A stretch of DNA of 64,000 nucleotides from NCBI RefSeq assembly GCF_963921235.1, contig NC_086097.1, positions 202,928,001 to 202,992,000 of the forward strand, given 5' to 3'. Shown here one piece after another: positions 38,668 to 51,700 of the stretch (its first letter is position 1; every line of letters begins with the position of its first letter). Under the pieces are notes generated by a model, which saw nothing but the letters and a program-made list of their open reading frames with translations, had not been told where the DNA came from and did not search any database. This DNA comes from Mobula hypostoma. Its lineage: Eukaryota. The position numbers and the translations under genes are program-made.

Positions 38668-41600
38668 TGTGACGGGGTCCTGAATTACCCCTATGAACTG
38701 TGCTCATTTACCTCTATTAACTGTGCTTTTGAAAAAAGAGAGAGAGAGTTATTTAACATCAATATCTTGTTTTGAAAGAGAGAGAGAGAGAGAGAGAAAA
38801 CCATGTATACATGGTTCGTATAAGCCTGGTGATGGTGCTAAGTTTAGTAAACAATGGAGGCATGTTGACACCTCTCCAAGGTAAGGTTGATATTGCTGTT
38901 CAATTTATGAGCAAAGCTGCTGTTGAGGCCTACGATTGCAAAACCAGAGGTTTAAATTATGATGATTTGTCACAGACTTTTCTACCTTCCAGATTTCAGC
39001 AGGACTTAGAGAATAGTACAGCTGATGAGAATAAGGTGTATGAGAAAGGTTTGTCTTTATTGAGGAAGGAATTTATAGAGGAACAGAAGCGAGATTCTGG
39101 AATGGTGGTTTTAAGGGAGATAGCTCTCACAGGAGAGGAGGTTCAGAGAGAGTCAATGGGATATTACCTTAAAGGTGGGGCGTCAATGAGGAGGTGGAGA
39201 CCAGCCACAGTGCTTGCAAGTCACGTGGTGGTTCTGAAAGTTTACAGGGCTGAAATTTTAAACATGGCTCACAGTATGCCTTTAAGTGGACCTCGTGGAG
39301 TGAGAAAGACAGTGAACAGGATTATGAAGGAATTTTACTGGCCTAGTTTAAGGAAGGATGTTGTGAATCATAACAGGACTTGCCATATACGGACCGTGAT
39401 TAAAGCATATGGTGTGAGAAATGGGAAAAATTGGGATGAGGGGGTTCTCTTCCTCCTATTTCTTGTTGGAGATTCAATTCAGAAGGCATTGGAGGGTAGT
39501 TTGTTGGAACCTGTATTCAGTTACAGGCCAAAAGGACCTTTGACCCTACTCAGAGAACTATGGTCTGATTTAGAAACATGTGCCAGTGTGTTTAAATATG
39601 TTTTAAAATTCTGGGAAAGATTTAATAGGCTTTGTGTCCTTGCCAAGGAAAGTTTACAAAATGGTCGAATCAAAATAAGACACTTGTTTGCTAGAATTGC
39701 AGCTGGGAGAATTGTTATAGAACAAAATGGAGTTGTGGAATCTGATGATGGCGTGGAAAAACATGTTTACCCACTGAATCTAGTCTCACCAAGATGTCAG
39801 AGTTCCATTGTTTTGAAAAATATTACTAATAAGGTCCATCAGTTGGACCCTAAACCACAAAAACAAGTGAAAAAACTGATTGACATTTTGAAATGGTGCA
39901 CAGGTGCAGTGCATCATGTCATTAAAGATTCAGCCCAGCCTATGAAACAGCATCTTCACAGAGAGAACTTTGAGGAAAGTAAGATGGTTGAAGAAGAAAT
40001 TAGAAACAAGGAAGGAGAATGAATGACTGTATTGATAGAGTGGGGAAGGCTAAATACCTTATAAAGATTGACTTGTTAAAAGGATACCGGGGTGTTCCTC
40101 TATCAGAGAGGGCTAATGAGATATCAGCATTTGTGACACCGTCTAGACTGTATGAGTATGTTTTACACTTCGGGTTGAAAAGTGCTCCAGGGACATTTCA
40201 AAGAATGATCAATTCTGTGATTGGAGGGTTAGAAAGCACAGGGGATAATATCAATGATTTAGTTATCTGGAATGACACGTGGGAAGAGCGGATTGCAGCA
40301 GTAGAAAAACGGTTTGACAGACTTTCCAAGACCAATTTTACTGTGAACCTTGATAAAAGTAAGTTTGGTCATGCTACTATTATTTATCTGGGCTATGTGG
40401 TGGGCCAAGGCCAACTGGCTCCTGTACAGGCCAAGGTTCAAGCTATTTCTTAAGTTCCTGTTCTGACCAGCAAGGAAGCTTTAAGAAGGTTTTTAGGAAT
40501 GGTTGGGTATTATCTTATGTTATGTAAGAACTTTGCTGACATTGCTCTCCCCCTAACAAAACTCCTGGGAAGAGTGAAAGATTTGTATGGAATGACCTTT
40601 GCCAGGAGGCATTTGAACGCCTGAAAACCATCCTGTGCTCAAAGCACCTGATTTTTCCAAGCCATTTTCTATAGCAAATGACGCTAGTGACGAAGCTGCT
40701 GGGGCAGTACTGTGACAGGAAGGAGTGAATGACACTGAACATCCAGTAGCTTATTTCTCAAAGAATTTGAATGTACACCAGAACAATTATTCAACTGTTG
40801 AAAAGGAATTATTAGTACTTATTCTGATCTTACAACATTTTGAGGTCTATGTGCAGAGGCCTCGAAATCTTTCTGTTGCCCAGACACCACTTGTGGTTTA
40901 CATGGGTTATAATCTGTTGGTGTTTTTAACTGAAATGAAGGACAAGAATAGAATGTTGTTAAATTGGAGTCTGATATTGTAAGAATGTGACTTAAAACTC
41001 AAACATGTGAAAGGTACTAACAATATTTTAGTTGATTAGTTATCCAGATATTAAGTTGGAAATTGTACACATTTTTGCTCTGTCATCTGATGATTTTACT
41101 TGTATTGTTTCAAACTCTGTAATTTACATTTAGACAAAAAAAATTTGTCTTCGTTAATTTTTTTTCCCTGAGGAAGGGGAGTGTGACGGGGTCCTGAATT
41201 ACCCCCATGAACTGTGCTCGTTTACCCCTATTAACTGCTTTTGAAAAAAGAGTTATTTAACATCGATATGAAGACTAACTGTTGGACTATCACTTTAAGG
41301 CACTGGAAGTAACTTTTGGATTTCTGCTGAGTTGGAGTTGGAGATGGCACTGAGTAGCTCGTAAGTTGCTATGGTAACTGAGGGCGGTGTTATTTAATGG
41401 ACACTCGATGTTATGATTTTCGGCAGGTTGTTGATACTTCTCAAGGACTTTTGCCTGCTTGCATTTCTTACACAGAGAGAAGAAGGAGGAGTTATTTGAG
41501 TGACAAGTTGATGCTCAGCATGGGAAGATAAAATAGGAGGTCAGATGATCGACCTTAGACACATGGTTTGGACACTGACTGAGCATTGTTGTGCCTGGAG

Positions 41601-42098
41601 AAAAAGTGGGTTTTGGAGGATCGATCAGTTGCTCTTGCAGTGAAAAGAGGAAAGGGGTTGACTGGTGGGGAGTTGTCTGTGTGTCCACCCTCGCCTGGGG
41701 GATAGCTCCACCACAGAAAACCGGTCCCCTTTGTTAAAGTCACAGTTGGTGACTTTTAAAGGATTTCGGAGGACAACGAGAAGATCGATGGTGTCAGCTC
41801 ACCTGAAGACCTCTCTCCCTCCATCACTACTCAACTCCATACCACAAACTGAACTGAACTTTACTCATCATCGTAAGACTGTATCTTTTTACCCCTAGAC
41901 TTAAAGAAGCTTAGTTTTTCATACATATTTCCACATTTACTGATATACTTATATATAATCATTGCTATTTGATTCATCTACATTTATATTACTGTATTGC
42001 GTAGTTACTAATAAATATTATTAGTGTATAGCAATACTGGACTCCAAAGTGTTTTCCATCTCTGCTGGTTCTTTATTCCCATCATGGGGTACGTGACA
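38668..42098 (+). mobile_element. Gmr1-like Ty3/Gypsy LTR retrotransposon (IN-RT-RH order), internally deleted
   Basis: 5' LTR remnant 38668-38765; 3' LTR 41182-42098 (TG...CA); PPT gaggaaggggag 41170-41181; TSD gttg 38664-38667/42099-42102; integrase parts in ORF 38772-40022 precede RT (40019-40453) and RNase H (~40500-41050). Confidence 0.87.
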
Positions 42099-45000
42099 GT
42101 TGGGTGTTGTGCAATGAGCCACAATTGATTAGAGAGCATAAGGTAAAAGGACCCTTTGGGGAAACTGATATTAATATGAGTGAATTAATCCCGAAATTTG
42201 AGAAGCTAAAATCAGATGTTTCAGTATTACAGTGGAGTAAAGGGAATTACAGAAGTTTGAGCAATGAGTTGGACAAAATTGATGAGTCCTGACGAAGGGT
42301 CTCAGCCCAAAATGTCAACTGTACCAGCATTTTTTGTGTGTGTTGCTTGAATTTCCAGCATCTGCAGATTTCCTCGTGTTTGAGAGAAAAAAAAACACCG
42401 GCAGGGATGATGGCAAAGCAGCAATGACAGAAATTTCTGCAAGCAATTCGGAAGGCACAAGATCTATACATCCCAAAGAGGAAGAAGTATTCTAAAGGCA
42501 AGATGACACAACCATGGCTAACAAGAGAAGTCAAAGCCAACATAAGAGGCAAATAAAGGGCATATAACAGAGCAAAAGAAGTTTACCAGAATGCTGCCTG
42601 GTTTAGAGGACATGTTTTATCACGAGAGGCTGGCTTCACTTGGGTTGTTTTCTCTGGAACGCCAGAAACTGAGGTGAGATCTCAGAGTTTAACAAGATTA
42701 TGAGAGGCATAGATAGAGTGGACAGACAATATCTGTTTCCTGTGGTTAAAATATCTAATATCAGAGGGCATGCACTGAGGTTGAGAGGGAGTAGATTCAA
42801 GGGGGATGTGAAAGGTAAGATCTTTTAGTAAAGGTCTTTTAAGAATAATTAGATTCTGGAATGGTTCTGGAAGACTGGAAAATTGCAAATGTCACTACAC
42901 ACTACAAGAAGGGAGAGAGGCAGAAGAAAGGAAATTGCAGATCAGTTAGTCTGACCTCAGTAGTTGGGAAGTTGGTTGTTAAGGATGTGGTTTCAGTGTA
43001 CTTAGTCGGAGTCATCATCAGCATGGTTTCCTCAAGGGAAAATCTTGCCTGACAAATCCATTACAATTCTTTGAAGAAGTAACAAGAAGGATGGACAAAG
43101 TTGCAAAGTTTGCAGATGATATGAAGCTAGCTGGAGGGACAGGTAGTTTTGAGGATGTAGAGAGGCTACAGAAGGACTTAATCAGATTAGCAAGATGGGC
43201 AAAGAAGTGGCAAGTGGAATACAGTGTTGAGAAACGTATGGTCACACACTTTGACAGAAGAAATAAAAGGGTAAATTATTTCCTAAATGGAGAGAAAATA
43301 CAAACAACTGAAATGCAACTTTGTAGACCTTGTGTAGTTTTCCCTAAAAGTTAACTCGCAAGTTGAATCTGTGATGAGGAAGACAAAAGTGATGTTAGCA
43401 TTCATTTCAAGAGCAAGGATGTAATGTTGAGGCTTTATAAAGTACTAGTGAGGCCTCATTTGCAGTATTATGATCAGTTTTGGGCCCCTTATCTTAGAAA
43501 AAATGTGCTGAAACTGGGAAGGGTTTAAAGTTCATGATAATGATTCCAGGATTGAATGGCTTGTCATTTGAAGAGTGATGACTCTGAGCCTGTATTCACT
43601 AGAATTCAGAAGAATGAGGGCTGATGCAATTGAAACCTATCGAATGGTGAAAGGCCTTGATGTGGAGAGGATGTTTCCTATGGTGGAAGATTCTAAGACC
43701 TGAGGGCACAGCCTCAATAGAGGGGCATCCTTTTAGAACGAAGGTGAGGAAATTTCTTTAGCCAGAGAGTGGTGAATCTGTGGAATTTATTGCTACAAGT
43801 GGCTATGGAGGCAAAGTCTTCTGTATATTTAAGGGAGTGGTTGATAGGTTATTGATTGGTCAGGGCATCAAGAGATACGGGAGAAAGCAGGAGAATGGGG
43901 CTGAGAGGGAAAATGCATCAGCCAATATAAAATGGTGTTGCAGACCCAATGGGCCAAAGGTCCAATTCTTCTCCTGTATCTTGTTGTCTTAACTGTTCCA
44001 ACCAAACAAGATGAAATCATCTTTGCTGATAGCATGAAAGTAACGCAGGAACATTTAGAACTGAAACCACTGTTGATTGCAAAATGCTTTAGGTTTCATA
44101 ATTTGGAATCAAAAGGGAGTCTATTTCAGCATAAGTGCCTGAATTGAGGAGGTTGTCTGAGCTTTGTCAGGTCAATGATGGGCTTAATGATGCACTGAGA
44201 GGTGGTTTAGTTTGTGGAATCCTACAAGAAAGCATTCAAAATGGATCCTAACTGAAGTACAGCTTATATTTAACAAAGCAGTTGAAATAGCTGTATCAAT
44301 GGAAACAGCAGAGATGCAATTGATTTGCAGTTAGGAATGAAGGTGAACATAAAAAGAATTGCAGCATCTAAGCAGAAACCTGACTGGCTGAACAAATTGT
44401 GTTACCTTTGTGGTAGGGGCTCATGTACACCAGACCAATGCAGGTTTAAGGGTGAAACTTGCAGAAAATGCCATAAAGTAGCACACATTCAGAGGCATGT
44501 TGAACAGACAATAATAAATGGACTGCTCAGGGAAGAGAAGAAGCTGAGAAGTTGCAGTTTCAAACAGAGCACTAATTGGCATTCCGTTGATGAAAAATCA
44601 GATGATAATAAGAGTGACACAGGACTGAGTAGACTTGAGATTTACATTGTGAAAACTAATATAAGACGACCAATATGGCTCACAGCAGAAGTGAACGGCA
44701 TTTAATTAAAATGGAATTGGACACAGATTCAGCTGATTCAGTCAGTCCACAAAAAGAGTTTGAACAGCATTTCAAGGATACTGAACTGAAACCTGCAGGT
44801 ATCCAATTAAGAACTTATGCCGGAGAAAAGATATCTCCTATGGGAATGATATTTCTAACAGTGAAATACAACAACCAACAAGCCACTTTGGACATGAATG
44901 CAGTAAAAGCAGATGGGCTGGCATGGTGGGGTTGTGAGTGACTGAGACAACTACATCTTGGTGGGAGATCCAACCACAATTCGCATGCCACATCCCCTCC

Positions 45001-47885
45001 AATAGAGTCAGCTGAAAGCAAATTTAAAAAGCTATTGAATGATGCCACAATAGCATTCTGAGATGGCACTGGAAAACGCAAACACATCAAGGGTAAAATA
45101 GTGTTAAATGAAAATGCCAAACCAAACTTTTCAAAGCTAGTCCGATTCCTTATACCATTTGTGGGAAAACAGCCAGTGAGCTAGATCACATGCAGGCTGA
45201 AGGAATTCTTTCCAAGGTTAAGTGGAGCTCATGGACAATGCCAGTGGTCTCAGCAGCCAAGAAGAATGGGCCTGTCAGGATCTGTGGTGGTTTTAAGGTC
45301 ACTATCAACCCAGTACTGAAAGCAGATCCATATCCTCTGCCCAGGATAGAGGATATCTTTGCAAACCTTTCTGAAAGGAAATACTTCAGCACAGAGGACT
45401 CAGCTGAGCTCCACCTACACAAAGAGATGGAAGAAGATCCCAAAGTTTTTCTTGCCACAAACACTCACAAAGGGGAATATTGCTATGTTAGGCTTATTTT
45501 TGGAGGCACACTGGCAAAAAGCTATGGATCAATTGCTGCATGGCTGCCTAGACACTGTGTTACCTGAATGACATCATTGCTACTGGTAAGGATGACAAGG
45601 AACATCTCCAAATTCTCAAGACAGTGTTAATAAGATCAGGAGATTATGGACTCTGAGCATGATGCAACAAGTGTGAATTCTTTAAAACAAGTATCACTTA
45701 CTGTGGTCACACTATTGAAGCACAAGGATTACACAAGTATACTGAATAGTTTTAACCAGTGGTGGATTCCCCAGGGCCAGAGGATGTGTCACAGTTGGGT
45801 TCCCTTTTTAGGATTTACAAATTATTCTAGCAGGTTTCTGCCAAACCTGGCTACTGTGCTCCACCCTTTGAACCCATTACTATAAATCGTGAAGAAATGG
45901 ACAAAGCAGTGTGAGGCGACTTTCCAAAAGGTAAAGGAAGTGGTGACATCATACACTGTACTCACATGGTATGATCCACATTGTCCAGTGAAGCTCCCCT
46001 GTGACACCTCACCTTATAGTAGAGTTGCAGTCTTGTCACGTTATGAGTGATGGATGTGAAAGCTTTTGCATTGCATTCCCTTACCACTGCAGAGAAGAAT
46101 TATGCAGATTGGCAGCGAGGCCTTGAGTCTGGTTTGGGGTATAAAAGATTTCAACCAGTACTTGTATGGGAAAGAGTTTACCATCGTAACTGATAATCAA
46201 CCACGAGTATCCATTTTCTATCCACAGAAGGGGATGCCACTAACAGCACCAGCACGAATGCAGAGATATGCTCTCTTTCTTGGAGGACACAGTTACAAGA
46301 ACGAGTGCAAGAGGACAACTAATCATGGGCATGCTGATGGAGCATCTTGGAGAAAGGAGAAGTAAGGTGCCCCAAGCTGCTAAAACCACTTACTGCAGTT
46401 CCAGAGTCCTCTCCTACAACTACAACAGAGGCGGCCTCAAAACCTGAGGTTGTTTCACAGCCACAAGTCTCACCTGCCCCCAGCCCTCCCCTACCCTGTC
46501 AGGAGAGACATTATCCCTCAAGAGTAAGAAAGCCTCCACAGCGATTAAATCTTTAGGCATGAATGGAACAACTGAAAGTTTAATATGCTGTGGATGTTGC
46601 GATGCATTCTCTGTTGAGTTGGAATTTATAGCTATGCAGGGAGGAGTGTTGTGTATTTAATATTTTAGTAATGTTTGAGTAATATTGTAAATATTTGTTT
46701 ACTATAATTCATAATGGGTTACATGTAAAATTACCTGATTACCATACATCATCACACCATCACGTCAGACATACACACCTCACATAAAGTAAAAATGAAG
46801 CCTAGACATTCCCAGCTCCGTGTTTTTGTGTTGGAGTTACAAACCGTAGCGCACTATATTGAGCATCTTTGCTCTATCTGCCGCAAAAGGCAGGATTTCC
46901 CCCATGGCTACCCATTTCAATTTGACTTCCCATTCCCATTCCATGGCCTCCACTCATGCTATGATTTGGCCAAACTCATACAGAAAAGTAACACCTCTTA
47001 TTCCATCCGGGTAGCTTTCCACCTGATGGCATGAACATTAATTTCTCTAACTTTGGTAATTTTGCCCCCTAATCCTCCACCTCTTTCCCATTCCCTTTCT
47101 GGCTCCACTCTTACTCTGTCTCTTTTCACCTGTCCATCTCCTCCATCTGATGCCCCTCCTCTTTCCTTTTCTCCCATGGTCCCCTGTCCTCTCCTATCAG
47201 AGTCCTTTTTCAGCCCTTTACCTCTTCTGTCTGTCATATCCTAGCTTCTTCAACCTCCTCCCCAACCCATCCACATTCCTCCTAGCCTAGTTTTTCCTAT
47301 AACCTGCCAGCTTGTACTCCTTCCCCTTTCACTCGCGTTATTCTGGATTCTTCCCGCTTCTTTCCCATCCTGACGAAGGGTCTCCACCTGAAACATCAAC
47401 TGCTTATTTCTCTCCACAGATGCTGTCCGACCTGCTGAGTACTTCCAGCATTTTTGTATGTATTGCTCTGGATTTCCAGCATCTGTATTGTGTTCTGAAT
47501 TAATTTCCACAGAAGTCATCAGGCTTCTACTGATGTGGAAGAATAATTTTTCCATTGATTAGGTAAGTGAAGCAGATGAACAATGTGAGCAATTTCTGCC
47601 CCAGTGGTAAACTCAGAAGTACAAAGGCTCCGATCAGTCTGTTAACCCTCTGGCCAGTTTCTGACTGCACTTTAAGCTTTGCTTCTAATTGTTCTAAGTT
47701 TTTTTTTAAAATCAGACTTTGTTTATGTATAGTTTTTCATTAATTCTATTGTATTTTTTTTTGCTGTGAATGCCTGCAAGAAATGAATCTCAAGGTGGTA
47801 ATATGGTGACATATATGTACTTTGAAAATTGACCTTGACTTTTGTTAGTCTTACAAAAGAAAATAATTTGCACAAATGAAAAAAC

Positions 47886-47891
47886 TTTATT
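47886..47891 (-). terminator. Candidate PRKDC polyadenylation signal AATAAA
   Basis: tttatt on + strand, ~640 nt past the stop and followed on the minus strand by T/GT-rich sequence. Alternative AATAAA at 48016, 48459 and 48515. Confidence 0.45.
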
Positions 47892-48528
47892 TAACTAAGA
47901 ACTGATATTTAGAATGTATCTTAGTCCTTTAAAGCAGCTGAAAGAAGATCCCATTGTAGGTTGCCTAGTCACAAAACTGGAGGAAAAGCCATTATTTTCC
48001 ATATCTTTCTTTAATTTTATTAAAGTAATACTAATAAACAATATTCTTTAGGCACAAAGATTAATTTACATTTTCAGCAAATTTTGTCTACAAATTACTT
48101 CAACAATATTTTTAATATTGATGGCCAAAATATCCTCATGTTACTGTAACCTTTCCAATTATTAGTACTGCCTACAAGATCAAACCTAAAATCCCTCCTT
48201 CAGCCACCTGTCAGGAACAGTTTTTAAAAAACTATATATGCTGTCTAACATTTAATCCTTTGCAGTTGCTCCATTTGCATGAAAAGAAATAACTCAACAT
48301 TTCAGCTGAGAAAAGCAAATTACTATCCGTAGGTGAGTCATCAACCAGTTATTCCCTGTCCGATGAGAAACATCTGACTATTACTCATTGCTTGTGACAA
48401 AGTTGTTTCTTGGAACTCTGAGGGTAACCACAGGAAAACAACCAAGTATCTTTTTCTGTTTATTTTTTTCTGCTTTAACATGAGCAAATGACTAATATTG
48501 TTTTAAAATATCAGTTTATTGTCTGACC

Positions 48529-48733
48529 TCACATCCATGCCTCCCAACCGACCCATACTCTACCCAAAATGTTTGGATCTGTGGCTTGATCAATCAGGCA
48601 CTCCACTTGTTGCTCTACTGGAAGGCCTTCAACTGATTCTCTGGCACGGACATTATAATCTTCATATCCCTTGGCTACAGCTATATAACTCTTATAAGCC
48701 TCGGACTTTTCATGCCCCAGTCGTAACTCCTCT
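48529..48733 (-). CDS. PRKDC: PRKDC terminal exon, coding part (FATC domain)
   Basis: tttcag|A GAG GAG TTA...; EELRLGHEK...[23 protein letters not shown] then TGA. Confidence 0.97.
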
Positions 48734-51700
48734 CTGAAATGAAACAACATTTAAATTATTAAGATAGATGAGGAAAAGTAGCATTTACATAACATGTATA
48801 ATGCTAAAATCCTAGACACTCAGGAACACAATGGTCCAGCTTCTGTAGTCACACTAACAGTTGGAATTCAATTTACTGAAGTGTAATAAAATAAGCAATT
48901 TCAGGAAGTCCTATGGTGCCACCTTACTGATGTCTCACTTGAGAGACTTCTACCATTGAAAACTTGGAATGGCATGATGCAGCTGTGCATATAATTAAAA
49001 TGGCCTTGAATTCAGCAGTAAATTTCAAATAGAGGAAGTGTTAAATCAATTACAAAAACTTATTTTAACAGTAACAGATTATCAGTATTTGTGAATGATC
49101 CAAGGCAAAATGTTTTAATCTTTAATACTACAGATTAAACATCTCATTCTATTCTAATTCCTCTGTATGTTTGTCTCCATCTATGTCACCTCCACCAGTT
49201 GTTGGCCCATCCGTGTTCAGTAATTCTGCTCTTAAGTACTACCCTTAGTGACTGTGACATCAAACACCACAGATACACTCACTGCTCATCTTATGAAATA
49301 AGAATAAACATTTTATAAGAATGTTGCAAGGGGAGTGGAACAAGGAGCTAGAAAATCAGGACATAAAGTATGGGAGAAAAAGTGAGTAGAGAAGGTGAAG
49401 GGTTGTCCACACTCTATCCCTTAATCTGGCAACAGGTAGACTCAGATCCAAGCTCCAAAAGTGGCCTGCAATAAATTTACAGCACCAATAATATTTTGAT
49501 TCCTGTTAGCAGTCTTTTGAAGGCACGGCACTTAATTCCTCAGATTTTAATTAATGTATGGGATATAGTTTTTTTAAGCGTTTGAATCACCAATCTTTAT
49601 AAACACAATAGAACTTTTAACCTTCCCATTTAGATGGGCTAGTCATAAGTTAAGAAGGTGTAGTCACTCCCCTTGGTCACGCAAGTCCCTAGACTCACGG
49701 AAATGCAAAACGCAAATGTAAATGGACAGAATAATCTGTGGCATTCATTACCGCTGATAAAATCCACACCTTAGTTTGTCTTAGAAATGCAAACATATTA
49801 ATCCAGATTGTACAAAGAATAGTGATTATTGTGATTACTCACTATTTTTAAAACAGCACATTATCTTAGACATTGTCTTTTTTGTTGAAAAACCTTCAAA
49901 TGAAAGCGGTGCATAAAAGTCAAAATGAATGGAGAGTTTACCTTACTTACATCACTGATTTGTATTCCTTTTATTCATGCAATAAAGCATTTTAATTTAT
50001 GATAGACATTGGTATTTTAATATTAATTTCTTTTCAGATAATTAACAGGTTATTAGAAATAGCTTGCATTCAGATACAACTTTCATAATCTCAGGTCTCC
50101 AAGTGCATTGCAGACTAAAGTTAAAAGCACTATATCAATACACTGATAAAACAACAATGGCAAAGGTAACAGGTGTTAAAAGTACAGATATGTAAACCTT
50201 CTCAAAGCAAATGCACGAAATAGAGTAGAGATCTTATTTTGACCTTTACTCTTAAAATAGTATTAAAGAGAATTGGCTGAAATAAAAGAAAAAAATGCAG
50301 AAAAATGTTGAAGCAGCAGTCAAGAAAAAGAGATGCTGAGTTCTTGCTTCAGATTAATGACCTTTCAAGGGAGTTAAGATGCTGAATTTATAATCTTTCA
50401 GGGATATTTACAGGGTAGATGTACAAAGCTACCATCTTCAATAACTTGAAGCAATAACTGGATATTTACATCTATAATACAACAGTTTTGAATTAGTTTG
50501 ATCTATTTTGCAGATCCTGTTTATAGGATGTTGCAAAATTCAATGTTATATTTATTGATAGTAATCTCAAATATAATCAACTCACCTGGTGATTGAAGAT
50601 GGATTGGCGCCTTCAAGTTTCCGTTTAGCACACTTCACCTTCTGCACCGGATACCAGTTAATTTCTTTTGTGTTAACCTCCTTTATCCATGTCCCTTTCT
50701 TTTGCATTTGTCTCTGTTCCAGATTCTACAAGCAGGGAGAAATGCAAGCAGTAAAAAAAAATGCCTAACCGTTTCTTTGAATTAATTTAATTCCACACAC
50801 TTAGAGCAAACAAATCACTTTGTCAGAATTTACAATTCATTGGCATTTTTGAACAAGTTTCATCTTTAAAGTTCTTTATTGCAGAATCATAGAAACTTAT
50901 CCAGGAAGAAGTCATTTGGTCTACTGTATCTGCTCTTCGAAAGAGTGGTCATTCTTGGATCAAATCCCCAACTTTTGTCCTTTATGCAGTAATGTGATCA
51001 CTTTCAAGTACCTGTCAGTGCCAATACCTATAGACTCCCACATCCTAACAATTCAAAGCAAAAAATGTCCATTATTTCTTGTGCCCAAAATTTTAAATTC
51101 ACACTTTCTGTTTTATGACGAGCCTGTCTAAATAACTGCTTGGAAACTTCTTTTGGTCATATTTTAATCATCTTTGCTCCCAGGAGAATAGGTGCTGATT
51201 TTTTTACTCAATACTACATTCTCTAATCTTTGGCAATATCCTGTAAAAACTCCTCCATAACCCTTGTGGCTATTGCATTGTTCTTGAAGTGCAATCCCTC
51301 AAACAATCAAGGTAGTCCTAGTCATGACTACTAAGTGATCTATGAAGTTCTCATATGATCCGTCACTATTTATATTCTATACTTTTATTTAATTGAAATA
51401 ACTAGGTTTTAGAAATTTAACTTCCTCCTTTATTCTGCAATTGAATTTTCATTAGAAGACATGTAACAGAGTGCCGGTAATGCAAACAGAGGGAATCAAA
51501 GTCAAATTTATTATCAAAACACATTTATGTCATCGAGATTTATTTTCTTGCAGGTATTTACAGAAAAATAAATACAATAAAATTTACGAAAATCTACTCA
51601 TGAATAAAGGCCGACAGACTATGACAATCAATAACCTTGAGGATTGCTGACCGTGCCATGTGCCAGTGAGGGCAAGAACAGGATGATTTGGGAGATGAAT

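Larger units (their letters stand above)
36775..43990 (+). mobile_element. Old full-length CR1 inserted in the Mag gag (36775-38667 and 42099-43990)
   Basis: ORF1 zinc finger (ICTRCTELQLLREHIKELELQL), EN GDFN, LCNEP resuming at 42104, RT KFADDMK and 3' end. Confidence 0.82.
36055..46851 (+). mobile_element. Gypsy LTR retrotransposon (Mag-type), degenerate, split by a nested CR1
   Basis: LTRs 36055-36271 and 46647-46851 (both start tgttgtgtatttaa); PBS tggcgatgag 36273-36282; PPT agggaggag 46638-46646; TSD cactt/cacta; gag start ~36473-36765 resumes at 43991; two Zn knuckles ~44400-44490, protease MELDT, RT and RNase H. Confidence 0.85.
26984..47490 (+). mobile_element. Old PLE remnant split into three pieces (26984-27047, 35891-36054, 46852-47490) by nested insertions
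   Basis: The pieces join colinearly to the young PLE sequence: ...aacaagtgttacacctg | tgcccc...cagggcccc...ggggaccactt | ...ttgagcatc...3' UTR with a hammerhead remnant at ~47366-47402. Confidence 0.8.

Noticed and set aside
112..47800. MZT2 or CEBPD coding exons expected from synteny
   Set aside because: No matching peptide recognised in the ORF track or by manual reading; short exons could have been missed
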